This document shows, piece after piece, positions 19,561 to 30,697 of a stretch of 64,000 nt of DNA. Source of the DNA: an uncultured Gemmatimonadales bacterium. GTDB lineage: Bacteria > Gemmatimonadota > Gemmatimonadetes > Gemmatimonadales > GWC2-71-9. The stretch lies in assembly GCA_963739455.1 (NCBI GenBank), contig CAVUAK010000001.1, positions 928,001-992,000 of the forward strand. The letters are read 5' to 3'. The position numbers and the translations under genes are program-made. Position 1 is the first letter of the stretch, and every line of letters begins with the position of its first letter. A model generated the notes under the pieces. It did not search any database. It was not told the DNA's origin and saw only the letters and a list, made by a program, of their open reading frames with translations.

Positions 19561-19600
19561 ATATGACAGGCATCATATTACAGCGCGCCTCGATTGTCAA
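19561..19600 (-). promoter_or_regulatory. TetR promoter TTGACA-17-TATGAT with operator copy 2 (19561-19579) over the -10
   Basis: -35 at 19600-19595, -10 at 19577-19572 inside ATATGACAGGCATCATATT. Confidence 0.8.
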
Positions 19601-20859
19601 ACCCGGCAGGTTCCGGCCCGGGCCAGCAGCAGGGCCTGCTCACGCGCGTTCTTCGTCAGCGACGCGGCCCGCTCGAATTCGGCCCTGGCTTCCTCCTTCC
19701 GGCCCAGCCTCAGCAGCAGGTCGCCCCGAACGCTCGGCAGCAGGTGATAGCCCCTGAGTGACGGCTCCGAGACCAGCTCGTCCACCAGCTCGAGTCCCGC
19801 GGCGGGTCCGAACGCCATCGAGAGAGCCACGGCGCGGTTGAGGTCCACCACTGGCGATGGCGTGATCCGGGCCAGCGCATCGTAGAGGGCCGCGATGCGG
19901 ATCCAGTCGGTCTCCTCCGCCACGACGGCCCGGGCATGACACGCCGCGATCGCCGCTTGCAACGCATATGGTCCCTGCGCGCCACCGAGCGCCGCGGCGC
20001 GCTCCAGTGCCGCCAGCCCGCGACCGATGAGTACGCGATCCCACTTCGCGCGGTCCTGGTCGAGCAGCAGGATCGGTTCACCCGACGCGTTCACTCGCGC
20101 CCGCGAGCGTGACGCCTGGATCTCCATGAGTGCGACGAGCCCATGCACCTCAGGCTCGTTGGGCGCGAGCTCGGCCAGTACCCGTCCGAGGCGCAGTGCG
20201 TCCTCACAGAGCGCAGGCCGCATCCAGTCGTCACCCGCCGTTGCCGAGTAGCCCTCGTTGAATACCAGGTAGATGACTTCGAGCACTGACGCGAGCCGAG
20301 CCTCGAGCTCCGGTCCGCGTGGAACCTCGAACGGCGCCTTCGCCTCAGTCAGCGTCTTCTTTGCCCGGACGATCCGCTGCGCAATAGTCGGGATGGGAAC
20401 GAGAAACGCCCGCGCGATCTCATCGGTAGTGAGCCCGCCCAGGAGGCGAAGCGTCAGGGCCACGCGGGCCTCGGTGGAGAGCACTGGGTGGCAGGCGATG
20501 AACATGAGGCGGAGCAGGTCGTCGCCGACGTGATCGTCGAGTGCCGCGTCGAGGTCGGGTACGGCGAGTTCCTGCGCCGCCTCCAGTTCGTGGCCCAGCG
20601 CTTCGTGCTTCAGCGCGAGTCGCTTGTCGCGGCGGAAAAGGTCGATCGCGCGCCGCTTGGCCGTAGTCATCAGCCAGGCGCCGGGGTTGTCGGGAACGCC
20701 CGAGCCGGGCCAGCGCTCGAGTGCGATGAGGAGCGCATCCTGCGCCAGGTCCTCGGCGATGCCGACATCACCCACCATGCGGGTGAGGCCGGCAATCAGC
20801 TTCGCCGATTCGATGCGCCAGACGGCATTGATGGCGCGATCGGTCTCGCTGGTTGTCAC
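19597..20859 (-). CDS. ECF sigma factor, ECF42-type (DUF6596/TPR C-terminal extension)
   Basis: AEDLAQDAL...PDNPGAWL; DDLLRLMFIACHPVL; IYLVFNEGY; PYALQAAIAACH; downstream of YCII genes. Confidence 0.9.
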   Translation of the reverse strand: MTTSETDRAINAVWRIESAKLIAGLTRMVGDVGIAEDLAQDALLIALERWPGSGVPDNPGAWLMTTAKRRAIDLFRRDKRLALKHEALGHELEAAQELAVPDLDAALDDHVGDDLLRLMFIACHPVLSTEARVALTLRLLGGLTTDEIARAFLVPIPTIAQRIVRAKKTLTEAKAPFEVPRGPELEARLASVLEVIYLVFNEGYSATAGDDWMRPALCEDALRLGRVLAELAPNEPEVHGLVALMEIQASRSRARVNASGEPILLLDQDRAKWDRVLIGRGLAALERAAALGGAQGPYALQAAIAACHARAVVAEETDWIRIAALYDALARITPSPVVDLNRAVALSMAFGPAAGLELVDELVSEPSLRGYHLLPSVRGDLLLRLGRKEEARAEFERAASLTKNAREQALLLARAGTCRV

Positions 20860-21578
20860 CAGAGGCGACGGATATCGATTTCCACGTCACCGATGACCTT
20901 GGCGAAGCGGTCGGACCAGTAAATCGCCTCGTCGACCGACTTCACGTCCAGGATCACGTATCCCGCGATCAATTCCTTCGACTCGGCGAAGGGACCATCG
21001 GTGACGGTTCGCCTGTTCCCCGTGTAGTGGAGGCGTGTCGCCTTCGCGCTCGGCTCGAGGCCCCCACTCTGGATGAACACGCCCGCCGCCGTCATGTCGG
21101 CCACCAGTGTCTTCATGCCGGCGTCGATGATGGGAGAGTACCCCATCCCGGCCTCTGACTTCGCGTCCGCCTTCTGCACGATCATGAAGCGAGTGGTCGG
21201 GTCATCGGCCGGCTTCTGTCCGTAGCCCAGGTCCCACATCTCGCACACCGGGCGGATGTCGAGTTCGCTGTCACCGATCAGGTCGCCGTACCGGGTGGCC
21301 CACTCGATCGCTTCCTCCAGGGTGCGGGTGCGCACCATGCAGAATCCGCTGATGAGCTCGTTGGCACCCTTGAAAGGGCCCTTGGTGACGGTGCACCGCC
21401 CACCGGAGAAATTGAGGCGGACGCCGGTGGAGCTTGGGCGCAATCCTTCACCCGACTCGAGGATGCCGGCCCTGGCCATGTCGTCCATCAGCGGGCCCAT
21501 GCCGGCCATCAACTCGGGAGTCGGGAGGGCGCCGGCCTCGGTGGCGGCGTCGGTCTTGTGCATGCTCATGATGCGCAT
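20856..21578 (-). CDS. YciI/YCII (DGPF) protein with two tandem domains
   Basis: Two units GLRPS...KGPF..ANELISGF and GLEPS...DGPFAESKELIAGY. Confidence 0.88.
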   Translation of the reverse strand: MRIMSMHKTDAATEAGALPTPELMAGMGPLMDDMARAGILESGEGLRPSSTGVRLNFSGGRCTVTKGPFKGANELISGFCMVRTRTLEEAIEWATRYGDLIGDSELDIRPVCEMWDLGYGQKPADDPTTRFMIVQKADAKSEAGMGYSPIIDAGMKTLVADMTAAGVFIQSGGLEPSAKATRLHYTGNRRTVTDGPFAESKELIAGYVILDVKSVDEAIYWSDRFAKVIGDVEIDIRRLW

Positions 21579-21580
21579 GA

Positions 21581-22012
21581 TCAGGCTCCCTGGCCGGCGC
21601 GCTTCCGGAACGCATCCTCGGCCTCGAGGAGCGCCCGGCCCGCGTCGGTCTTGATGACTGGCTCGAAGTCGGCCGAGTCGAACACCTGCCGGATCTCTAT
21701 CTCTCCCACGCAGGGCGGGCAGCGCTTGAACCAGGCAACGCACTCGTCCATGGACTTCATCTGCACCATCCAGAAGCCGGCCAGCAGTTCCTTCGTCTCG
21801 GCGAATGGGCCGTCGGTGATCGTGGGCTTCGCGCCGACGGCGAACTTCATGCGCTTGCCCTTCGCACTCGACTGCAGTCCCTCGCCCGCCAGCATGACGC
21901 CGGCCTTGATCAGTTCATCGTTGAACTTGCCCATCTCGAGCAGCTCCTTCTCGTCGGGGAGGACCCCCGCCTCGGAGTCCTTGTTGGCCTTGACCAGCAC
22001 CATGAATCGCAT
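21581..22012 (-). CDS. YciI/YCII (DGPF) protein
   Basis: MRFMVLVKA...GEGLQSS...DGPFAETKELLAGFW; GGAGGAG RBS. Confidence 0.92.
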   Translation of the reverse strand: MRFMVLVKANKDSEAGVLPDEKELLEMGKFNDELIKAGVMLAGEGLQSSAKGKRMKFAVGAKPTITDGPFAETKELLAGFWMVQMKSMDECVAWFKRCPPCVGEIEIRQVFDSADFEPVIKTDAGRALLEAEDAFRKRAGQGA

Positions 22013-22064
22013 CGTGTATTCTCCTCCGGGGTGTGAAAACTGGGCTCAGTGGTTCTACAGTCAC

Positions 22065-22091
22065 GACGAACAGGCATTGGCGAAATCGACA
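22065..22091 (-). promoter_or_regulatory. Putative ECF42 autoregulatory promoter TGTCGA-N17-CGTC
   Basis: Matches the ECF42 consensus as I recall it (-35 TGTCGA, -10 CGWC); about 50 nt upstream of the YCII-YCII-sigma operon. Confidence 0.7.
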
Positions 22092-22147
22092 TGTCAGCCA
22101 CAGTGCGCAGTCTTACGCAGTCAAGTTCCTCAGTTACATTGGGTTGC

Positions 22148-22775
22148 ATGAAATCGGCACTTCGGGGGACCCTCGCCTCCGCGCTCCTGGTTCTCGTCGC
22201 CACCCTGAGTCTGGGTACCCCTGGGGCCGCCCAGTCGGCCGCCGCGCCGGCACACCCCGCCTACCTGCCCGCCGACGCCGAGTTCATGACCGGCATGATC
22301 GGTCACCATGCGCAGGCGATCCTCATTGCCGGCTGGGCACCTAGCGCACGGTGCCAGCCAGCCGATCCTCCTGCTCACCGAGCGGATCGTGTCGGGGCAG
22401 CAGGACGAGATCGACCTCATGAAGCGCTGGCTCTCCGATTTCGGCCAGCCGGTGCCCGAGGGCAAGGCTCACTACATGAGCGGCATGGACATGGGTGACA
22501 TGGGTCACGCGAGCATGCCCGGCATGCTGACCCAGGCCCAGCTCGAGCAGCTCGACGCCGCGCGGGGCCCCGAGTTCGACCGACTCTTCCTCACCTTCAT
22601 GATCCAGCACCATGAGGGCGCGATCGTGATGGTGAACCGGCTGTTCGGCCAGGGTGCCGGCGAGGAGGAGCGCTCCTTCCGGTTCGCCTCCGACGTCTAC
22701 GCCGACCAGACCACCGAGATCGACCGGATGCAGAAGATGCTGGCCGCCCTTCCTCCGTCCGGTGGCGGCCAGTGA
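22148..22775 (+). CDS. DUF305 (ferritin-like, CopM-like) exported protein (frameshift near 22340)
   Basis: Signal peptide; two MIxHH motifs (FMTGMIGHHAQA, FLTFMIQHHEGA); Met/His linker MSGMDMGDMGHASMPGM. Confidence 0.88.
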
Positions 22776-22831
22776 AACTTCAGTCGCCAGCCATACGTCC
22801 AGCCGTCCCCGTCCCCCCACAGGAATCACCA

Positions 22832-24815
22832 ATGGCACTTGCAAGCGTCGTCCGCGTCCCAATGACATTCGTGATCGGCCTGGCGGCGCTCGCCGGGTGC
22901 TCGAAGTCATCGTCACCCGCCACGGGTGGCGGCATGTCGGCCGTGGCACCGAAGCCCGACCCCCGCGTCGGCCTCAAGGCCGGCATGTGGGACGCCGGCC
23001 AGGCTGCGTGGAACGTCCGGCTCGTGTCGACGACGCCGCCCTCGGAGAAGTTCGCCGGCGTCACCAATTCCGACCTCTCGTTCCTCAAGAACTACGCGAT
23101 CCAGGGCAACTACAACGGCTTCCAGGTGTGGGACATCACCAACCCGGCCGCCCCGACCCTGAAGCTCGGGTTCCTCTGCCCCGCGTCGCAGAGCGATGTC
23201 TCGGTCTACAAGAACCTGCTCTTCGTGTCGGGCGAGGGTAACTCGGGCCGCACCGACTGCGGCGCGCAGGGCGTGCACGACAGCGTGAGCGCCGACCGCC
23301 TGCGCGGCATCCGGATCTTCGATGCCACCGACATGGCGAACCCGAAGTACCTCGCCAACGTGCAGACCTGCCGTGGATCGCACACCCACACGGTGGTGGT
23401 CGACCCGAAGGATGCGGACAACGTCTACATCTACGTGTCCGGGTCGGCTGGCGTGCGGTCGCCGAGTGAGCTCCCGGGTTGCTCCAAGCTCGCGCCGGAC
23501 AAGGACCCGAACTCGGCGCTATTCCGCATCGAGGTGATCAAGGTGCCGCTGGCGCACCCGGAGCAGGCCGCGATCGTGAGCTCGCCGCGCATCTTCAACG
23601 ACCTCGTGGCGCCGCCAGTGCACGGCGAGGCGCCGCAGGATATCGCCGAGTCGAAGAAGGCTGCCGCCGAGGCCCGTGCCAAGGGCGGCTACACCGCCGA
23701 GATCGAGGGCACGGAGTACGTCCTCCCGTCGCAGTTCGTCGACCCGATGCTGGACAGCGTCATGAAGGCGCGTGGCGGCAGCGGCACGCCCACCGCGGCA
23801 GACAGCGCCGCGTTGCGCGCCGCCCTTCCGGCCATGATCGCGCAGCGGTTCGGGCCGCCTCCCGAGAAGGGTGCCGTCCGTCCCGGCCCGACGCAGTGCC
23901 ATGACATCACCGTCTATCCCGGCCATCGGCCTGGCCGGCGGCGCGTGCGGCGGCTACGGCCTGCTGCTCGACATCAAGGACGTTGCCAACCCGAAGCGGA
24001 TCGGCGCCGTGGCCGACTCCAACTTCTCCTACTGGCACTCGGCCACGTTCAACAACGACGGCACCAAGATCCTCTTCTCCGATGAGTGGGGCGGCGGTGG
24101 GCAGCCCAAGTGCCGCGCCACCGACAAGCCGGAGTGGGGCGCCGACGCGATCTTCACGCTGGTCGATGGCAAGATGGTGTTCCAGAGCTACTACAAGATG
24201 CCGGCCGCGCAGACCAAGTTCGAGAACTGCGTTGCGCACAACGGCTCGCTGATCCCGATCCCCGGCCGCGACGTGATGGTGCAGGCCTGGTACCAGGGCG
24301 GCATCTCGGTGTTCGACTGGACCGACCCGAAGAACCCGAAGGAAATCGGGTTCTACGACCGTGGCCCGGTTGATTCCACCAAGATGGGCAATGGCGGGTC
24401 GTGGTCGGTCTACTGGTACAACGGCCTGATGATCAGCTCCGAGATCGGTCGCGGTCTCGACATCTTCGAGCTGCTGCCGAGCGCGTTCATCTCGCAGAAC
24501 GAAATCGACGCGGCGAAGTCGGTGCACCTGGATTACTTCAACGCGCAGGACCAGCCGAAGATCACCTGGCCGCCAAGCTATGCGCTGTCCGGGGCGTTCC
24601 TCGATCAGCTCGGGCGGTCCGGTGGCCTGTCCGCGAGCAAGGTGGAAGGGGCCCAGAAGGCCCTGGCGGCCGCCAAGCTCCAGGTGGGTGGGGCGGAGAA
24701 GGATGCCCTGCTGAAGCTGTCGCAGTCGCTCGAGGCCGATGCCGCAGGGGCCAAGGACCCGGCCAAGGTGAAGACCCTGGTCCAGTCGCTGAAGGACCTG
24801 GCCGCGAAGAGCTGA
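22832..24815 (+). CDS. LVIVD-repeat beta-propeller lipoprotein (frameshift near 23920)
   Basis: Lipobox LAGC; NSDLSF, GNYNGF, CRGSHTHT, QCHDIT, YWHSATF, DEWGGG, NCVAHNG, QAWYQGG. Confidence 0.85.
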
Positions 24816-24857
24816 TCTGGAACTCGCCCATGTCCGGGCGTCGTTTCATGTAGCAGG

Positions 24858-24890
24858 TGGCCTGTCCGGCGATGCCGGGCAGGCCATTTT
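24858..24890 (+). terminator. Intrinsic terminator-like hairpin
   Basis: TGGCCTGTCCGGC-GAT-GCCGGGCAGGCCA (13-bp stem with one G:U) followed by TTTT. Confidence 0.65.
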
Positions 24891-24908
24891 CACATCGAGG
24901 AGGTGCGT

Positions 24909-26680
24909 GTGACCGATCCTGCCCCGCAGAAGCCGGCGCACATCCGCGAGTTCACGCCGCGGTCGGTCGCCGTCGGTCTCCTGGTGGCCCTGATCATCGG
25001 CGCGTCGTATCCGTACGTCGTGCTGAAGTTCGGCTTCGGTCCGAACATCTCGGTCGTCTCCGCCTTCTTCGGCTTCCTCGCGCTCGGCATCTTCTCGAAG
25101 AGCTACAATCGCTGGGAGAACAACATCGTCCAGACGGCGGGCACCGCCGCCGGGCAGATCGCGTTCCTCTGCTGGCTGCTGGCCGCGTTCGACATGCTCG
25201 CCGCCGAGCCGGGCAGCGGGTTCAGCGTGCACCTCACGCGGGTGCAGACATGGATCTGGCTCTCGACGTCCGGCATTCTCGGCGTGTTCCTGGCCGTGCC
25301 GCTGCGCAAGCACTTCATCGACGACGAGAAGCTGCCGTTCCCCGACGGCATCGCCGCCGGCGAGACGCTCATCATGCTCGACGCGCGCGGCGAGCAGTCG
25401 CGGCGCTCGGCCTTCGCGATGGTCGGGTCGATGGTCTCGTCGGGCCTGCTCTTCTTCGCGACGCAGATTCGCTGGATCGCCGAACTTGATCGCGTTCCGG
25501 GTGAACACCTGGTCGCCGGTGGTGGGCCTCGGCTTCGGCATCTCGCTGCTCAACATCGGGTCCGGGCATCATCATCGGGCTCCGCATCACCGCGAGCATG
25601 CTGCTCGGCGGCCTGATCGCCTGGGTCATCGGGCCGGTGCTGGCTGCTCGATCACGGGCTGATCACCGAGTCGTCGCGGCGGGTGGACATCCTGCTGCTG
25701 GTGATGTGGCCCGGCGTCGGCATGCTCATCGCGGGCGGCATCTCCACGCTCGCTGCTTCGCTGGCGCGTGCTGGTGCGCACCTTCCAGAGCCTCGTCGAC
25801 CGGCGCAGACCTGAGCGGAGACCTCTCGCTCCGCTGGGTGGGGATCGGCAGCCTGTCGCGAGCATCGCCCTGGTACTGGTGCAGCGCGCCTTCTTCGGCA
25901 CGCCGGTGTGGCATTCGGCGCTGGCGATCCTGCTCGCGATTCCGCTCGGCCTCGTGGCGCTGCGCGTGCTCGGCGAGACGAACTGGGGACCGATCTCCAC
26001 GATGGCCAACCTGACGCAGGCACTGTTTGGCGTGATCGCGCCCGGCAACCTGAGCGCGAGCATGGTGTCGAGCGCCATCACGAGCGCGGTGGCCGCGGAG
26101 TCGGAAGGCCTGATGCAGGACTACAAGGCGGGCAGCATGATCGGCTCGACCCCGCGCATCCTCACCTACATGCAGCTCATCGCGGTGCCGGTGGGCGCGC
26201 TGGCGCTCGCGTTCATGTACCCGCTGCTGCGCGACACCTACGGCATCATCGGCGAGCATGCGCAGCTGAGCAGCCCGACGTCGCAGCGCTGGGTCGGCTT
26301 CGCGAAGATCGTCACGCAGCAGCTCACCGGCCCGGCGGCGCTGACGCCGGCGGCGATTGCCCGGCTCGAGTGGATGAAGTGGTCGTTCGGCGATCGGGGC
26401 GGCGTTCGGCGTGCTCTTCACGCTGCTGGAGCAGCGGAAGTCATGGCGACCGTTCGTGCCGTCGCCCACCGGCATGGGCATCGGCGTGCTGATCCCGATC
26501 AGCGCGGTCACGACGATCTTCCTCGGCGCGCTGGCCGACTGGATCTGGGAGAAGACGAGGCCGCAGGCGCACCAGCGCTATTCGATCGCCATCGCGTCGG
26601 GATTCATTGCCGGTGAGGCGATTGTGGCGGTCATCATCCCGTTGCTGGTGACGCTGGGCCTGATGAAGCTGGCGAGCTAG
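24909..26680 (+). CDS. OPT/YSL oligopeptide transporter family protein (multiple frameshifts)
   Basis: EFTPRSV, ENNIVQTAG, LPFPDGIAAGETL, GETNWGPIS, LMQDYKAG, ASGFIAGE; GAGGAGG RBS. Confidence 0.85.
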
Positions 26681-26702
26681 GCGCTGTCGAACTGAGGGAA
26701 GG

Positions 26703-27139
26703 ATGAACCCCTGATCATTCGCGACGCGACCCTGGGCGACGCCGCGCGCATCGCGGAGCTGAGCGGGATCCTCGGGTACCCGAACAGCGGTGCCGTGATC
26801 GCCGACCGGCTGAAGCGACTGCTTCCCCGGGCCGGCGAGCTCGTGCTCGTGGCCGACCAGTTGCCGCCCGTCGTGGCATGGGTGCACGCGGCGGAGCAGG
26901 AACTACTCGATTCCGGGCGCCGCTGCGAGATCCTCGGACTGGTGGTGGCCCCGGAGGTTCGGGGGCGCGGGGTGGGGCGCAAGCTCGTGGCCGCGGTCGA
27001 GGAGTGGGCAATGCAGCTCGGGATCCGGCAGCTCGCCGTGCGCAGCAACATCGTGCGCACCGAGTCGCATCCATTCTACGAAAGGCTGGGTTTCGTGAAG
27101 CTCAAGACCCAGCACGCCTACCGCAAGCAGCTCGCGTAG
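26703..27139 (+). CDS. GNAT N-acetyltransferase (1-bp loss in the C-run after the start)
   Basis: IIRDATLGDAARIAEL...LVVAPEVRGRGVGRKLV...FYERLGF; ATG 26703 is out of frame by one C. Confidence 0.85.
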
Positions 27140-28465
27140 TGTCAGCGTCCGCGCTCGACCGCGCGCTCGGCCGGCGCGACCTCACCCTGTTCGCCATCAA
27201 CCGCGTCATCGGCGCCGGTATCTTCGGCATTCCGGCGGTTCTGTATGCTGGCGTTGGCCCCCTCAGCGTGGCCGCGTTCCTGCTTGCCGCGCTCATCATC
27301 TCGCTCATCACCCTCTGCTTTGCCGAAGTGGGCAGCGCCTACCGCGACACTGGCGGCCCGTATCTCTATGCGTATCGCACGTTCGGTCCGCTGGTCGGGT
27401 TCGAGGTCGGCTGGCTCATGTGGGTGACGCAGCTCGGCGGGTTCGCCACCGTCATCAACCTCTTCGTCAACTATGTGGGCTGGTTCCTGCCGTCGGCCAC
27501 GTCGGGACTTCCGCGCGCGGCGATCATCGCGACGGTTGCCATCGGCCTCACCGTCGTCAACGTGCTCGGCGTGCGGCGCGCCGCCACGATCAACAACATC
27601 CTCACGCTCGGCAAGCTGATCCCGCTCGCACTCTTCGTCGTCGTGGGCGCCTTCTTCGTGGAGACAAGCCGGTTCGCACTCACGAACCCGCCAACAGCGG
27701 TGGCCCTGTCCGGTGCGGTGCTGGTCGCCGTCTATGCGTTCAGCGGGTTCGAGGTGCTGGGCGTGCCCAGCGGGGAAATAGCGGACCCGGCGCAGGACGG
27801 TCCCGTTCGCGCTCCTGGCAGGGCTTGCTGTCGTGGCGGTGGTCTACGTCGGCGTGCAGGTGGTCACGATCGGTACGCTGCCCGATCTGGCCACGTCGTG
27901 CCCGGCCGCTGGCCGATGCCGCCGGGCGCATCTTCGGGCGGTCCGGGCGCCACGGTGATGGTGACGGGCGCGCTCCTCTCCACGCTTGGAGTCTCGCATG
28001 CGATCCTGCTCGCGGCGGGCCGGATGCCGTTCGCGATGGCGGAGCGGCGTCAGCTGCCGGCAACGATCGCGGCGGTGCACCCGTGTATCGGACGCCGTAC
28101 ATCGGGCTCATGCTGTCCGCGGCGGCGATGGCACTCTTCACCCTCGCCACCACCTTCACGTCGGCGCTCACGATCACGGTCGGGCTGCGCGTGATCATCT
28201 ACCTCGTCACCTGCGCGGCGCTCCCGATACTCCGGCGGCGCGCAGGGCAGGAGCGCGCGGCGTTCCGGGTGCCGGCGGGTGATGTCGTGGCGACGGTGTC
28301 GGTGGTTGCTTGCGCCGGCCTGCTCGCCATGCGGCCGTGGACCGAGATCCGGCAACTCATCATCGTGCTGGTGCTCGGGCTTCGTGTGTGGGCCGGTTGT
28401 GCGCCGCCGCGGTGGGAAACGAAGGTCGCGGACAGGCTGGTCAGCGCCCGGGCAGCGCGTCATAA
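27139..28465 (+). CDS. APC family amino acid permease (frameshifted; end approximate)
   Basis: IGAGIFG, CFAEVGS...GGPYLY..RTFG, YAFSGFE, GRMPFAMA, YRTP. Confidence 0.85.
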
Positions 28466-28473
28466 TTGCTGCC

Positions 28474-28990
28474 GTGACGAGTCCAGTACGCATTCGCCCC
28501 GGCCGGCGGACGATGTCCCGGCCATCGAGGCACTCTACCGCGACGGTGGCGACCACGCCGGGCGGCATCGCCCGGTCACCCGACGAGGTGAACCGTGAGT
28601 ACGTCGACGGGTTCGTGTCGAAGAGCCTCGATCGCGGCATCATCCTGGTGGCCGAGCTGGAGGGATTGCCGGGCCTCGCCGCTGAGGTGCACGCCTACCG
28701 GAGCGAGCTGCGCATCTTCCGTCACGTGCTCGGCGAACTCACCGTCGCGGTGCATCCCGCGACACAGGGGCAGGGGATCGGGCCGGCAAGCTGTTCGAGT
28801 GCCTGCTCGACCTGGTGGTGCGGGAACATCCCGACATCACCCGGGTGGAGCTGATCACCGCGGAAACCAATCAGCGCGCGCTGCGTCTGTACGAGGGCAT
28901 GGGATTCCGCGGGAGGGCCGGCTGGCCGGGCGCATCCGCGCGCCTGATGGCAGCCTCGATGCCGACATCCCGCTCGCATGGCTCCGGTGA
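28474..28990 (+). CDS. GNAT N-acetyltransferase (frameshifted)
   Basis: LTVAVHPATQGQGIG...VELITAETNQRALRLYEGMGF. Confidence 0.8.
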
Positions 28991-29550
28991 AGCCGATCTT
29001 CTTCGCGACCCGGCGGCGATTCCGGGCGTGGCTCGAGAAGCACCATCAGACCGCCGACGAGCTGCGGGTGGGATTTCTACAGGAAGGATTCGGGCAAGGT
29101 GAGCATCACCTGGCCCGAAGTCGGTGGACGAGGCGCTCTGCTTCGGCTGGATCGACGGCGTGCGTCACCGCCTCGACGAGATGAGCTACACCAATCGCTT
29201 CACGCCGCGCCGGGCCCGCAGCACCTGGAGCAGCGTCAACATCGGCGGGTGACCGTGCTGACTGGAACAGGGACTGGTGAGCCCCGGCGGGCCTCGCGGC
29301 CTTCGAGCGTCGCTCGAAGGAACAAGTCCAGCATCTACTCCTACGAGCAGCGGCAGGCGGCGACACTGACCCCGGCGCAGGAAAAGGCGTTCAGGGCCAA
29401 CCGGAAGGCGTGGACCTTCTTCCAGGCGCAGGCGCCCTCGTACCAGCGCGTCATGATCTATCGACATCGCGAGCGCGAAGAGGGAGGAGACGAAGGCGCA
29501 AGCGACTCGACGCGCTCATCTCCGCCTCAGGCGGATGGAAGGCGGAGTGA
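28987..29550 (+). CDS. YdeI/OmpD-associated family protein (frameshifted; end approximate)
   Basis: FRAWLEKHH, VDEALCFGWIDG, FTPRR..STWSSVN, AWTFFQAQAPSY. Confidence 0.8.
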
Positions 29551-29576
29551 CAGTGACCCGCTTAGTTTCCTTCCTC

Positions 29577-30146
29577 ATGGAGCCGAGCAAACCCCCGGTG
29601 GCCTCCGGTTTCGTGATGCGCCTCGCTGGGTCTGGCCTGCCTTCTCGGGTGCGCCTGCCAGCCTCGGGCCGCCGATACCGCGGCGAAGCGCGTCGGCACT
29701 CCGCGCCACCTCCGTCTGGGGTGTGACCCTCGAGGCGGCCGGACCGGTGCGCTTCGGCATGACGGCGAGCGAGGCCTCGGCCGCTGTCGGCGGCACGCCG
29801 GCACCCGGCCGACTCCGGCTGCGGCTACTGGCTGCCCCAGGGCGCCCCGGCCGGGCTGCGCATCATGATGGAGAACGGCATTGCGGTGCGGGCCGATGTG
29901 GACAGCTCCGGCATCACCACCATCGGCGACCTCGGCGTCGGGAGTCCGGTGGAGTCGGTGGTGGTCGCGTTCGGGCCCTCGCTGCAGGTGGCACCGCACA
30001 AGTACCAGTGGGAACTGGGCTGGCGATATCTCACCTTCAGCGACGACTCCACGCACCGACTGGTCTTCGAGGTGGACAGCCATGTGGTCCGCACCTGGCG
30101 CGCCGGGCTCGTGCCGGCGGTCGAGTACGTGGAGGGCTGCAGCTAG
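29577..30146 (+). CDS. Hypothetical exported protein (frameshifted; start uncertain)
   Basis: GPVRFGMTASEA...CGYW...PHKY...RAG..PAVEYVEGCS. Confidence 0.55.
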
Positions 30147-30149
30147 GCG

Positions 30150-30657
30150 ATGAACGTCCTCGAGACCGAACGACTGGTACTGCGCTGGGTCACCACCGAC
30201 GACGCCCCGTTCATCCTCGAACTGCTGAATGAACCCTCGTTCCTCCAGTTCATTGGTGACAAGGGCGTTCGCAACCTCGACGACGCGCGCAACTACATCC
30301 TGACCGGCCCGGTGGCGAGCTACCAGCGCTTCGGCTTCGGGCTGTACATGGTGTTGCTGAAGCCCGATGCGACGCCGATCGGCATGTGCGGGCTGTTGAA
30401 GCGCGAGACCCTGCCCGATGTGGACGTGGGCTACGCATTCCGGCCCGCAGTTCTGGTCGAAGGGATTCGCCTACGAGTCGGCGTCTGCGGTGCTCGCGCA
30501 CGGGCGCGAGGCCTTCGGGCTCAAGCGCATCGTGGCGATCACGTCGCCCGACAACGCGGCCTCCAAGGCGCTGCTGGAGAAGCTCGGCCTGCGATACGAG
30601 GGAACGGTCGACCTCTCGGCCGACCAGGACACGCACTTGTTCGCCATCGAGACCTGA
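30150..30657 (+). CDS. RimJ/RimL-type GNAT (frameshift near 30447)
   Basis: LETERLVLR, IGMCGL, DVGYAF; FWSKGFAYE, NAASKALLEKLG. Confidence 0.88.
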
Positions 30658-30697
30658 GGAACACCATGCGCATGACCATGACTTCAAGGAGCTGTCC

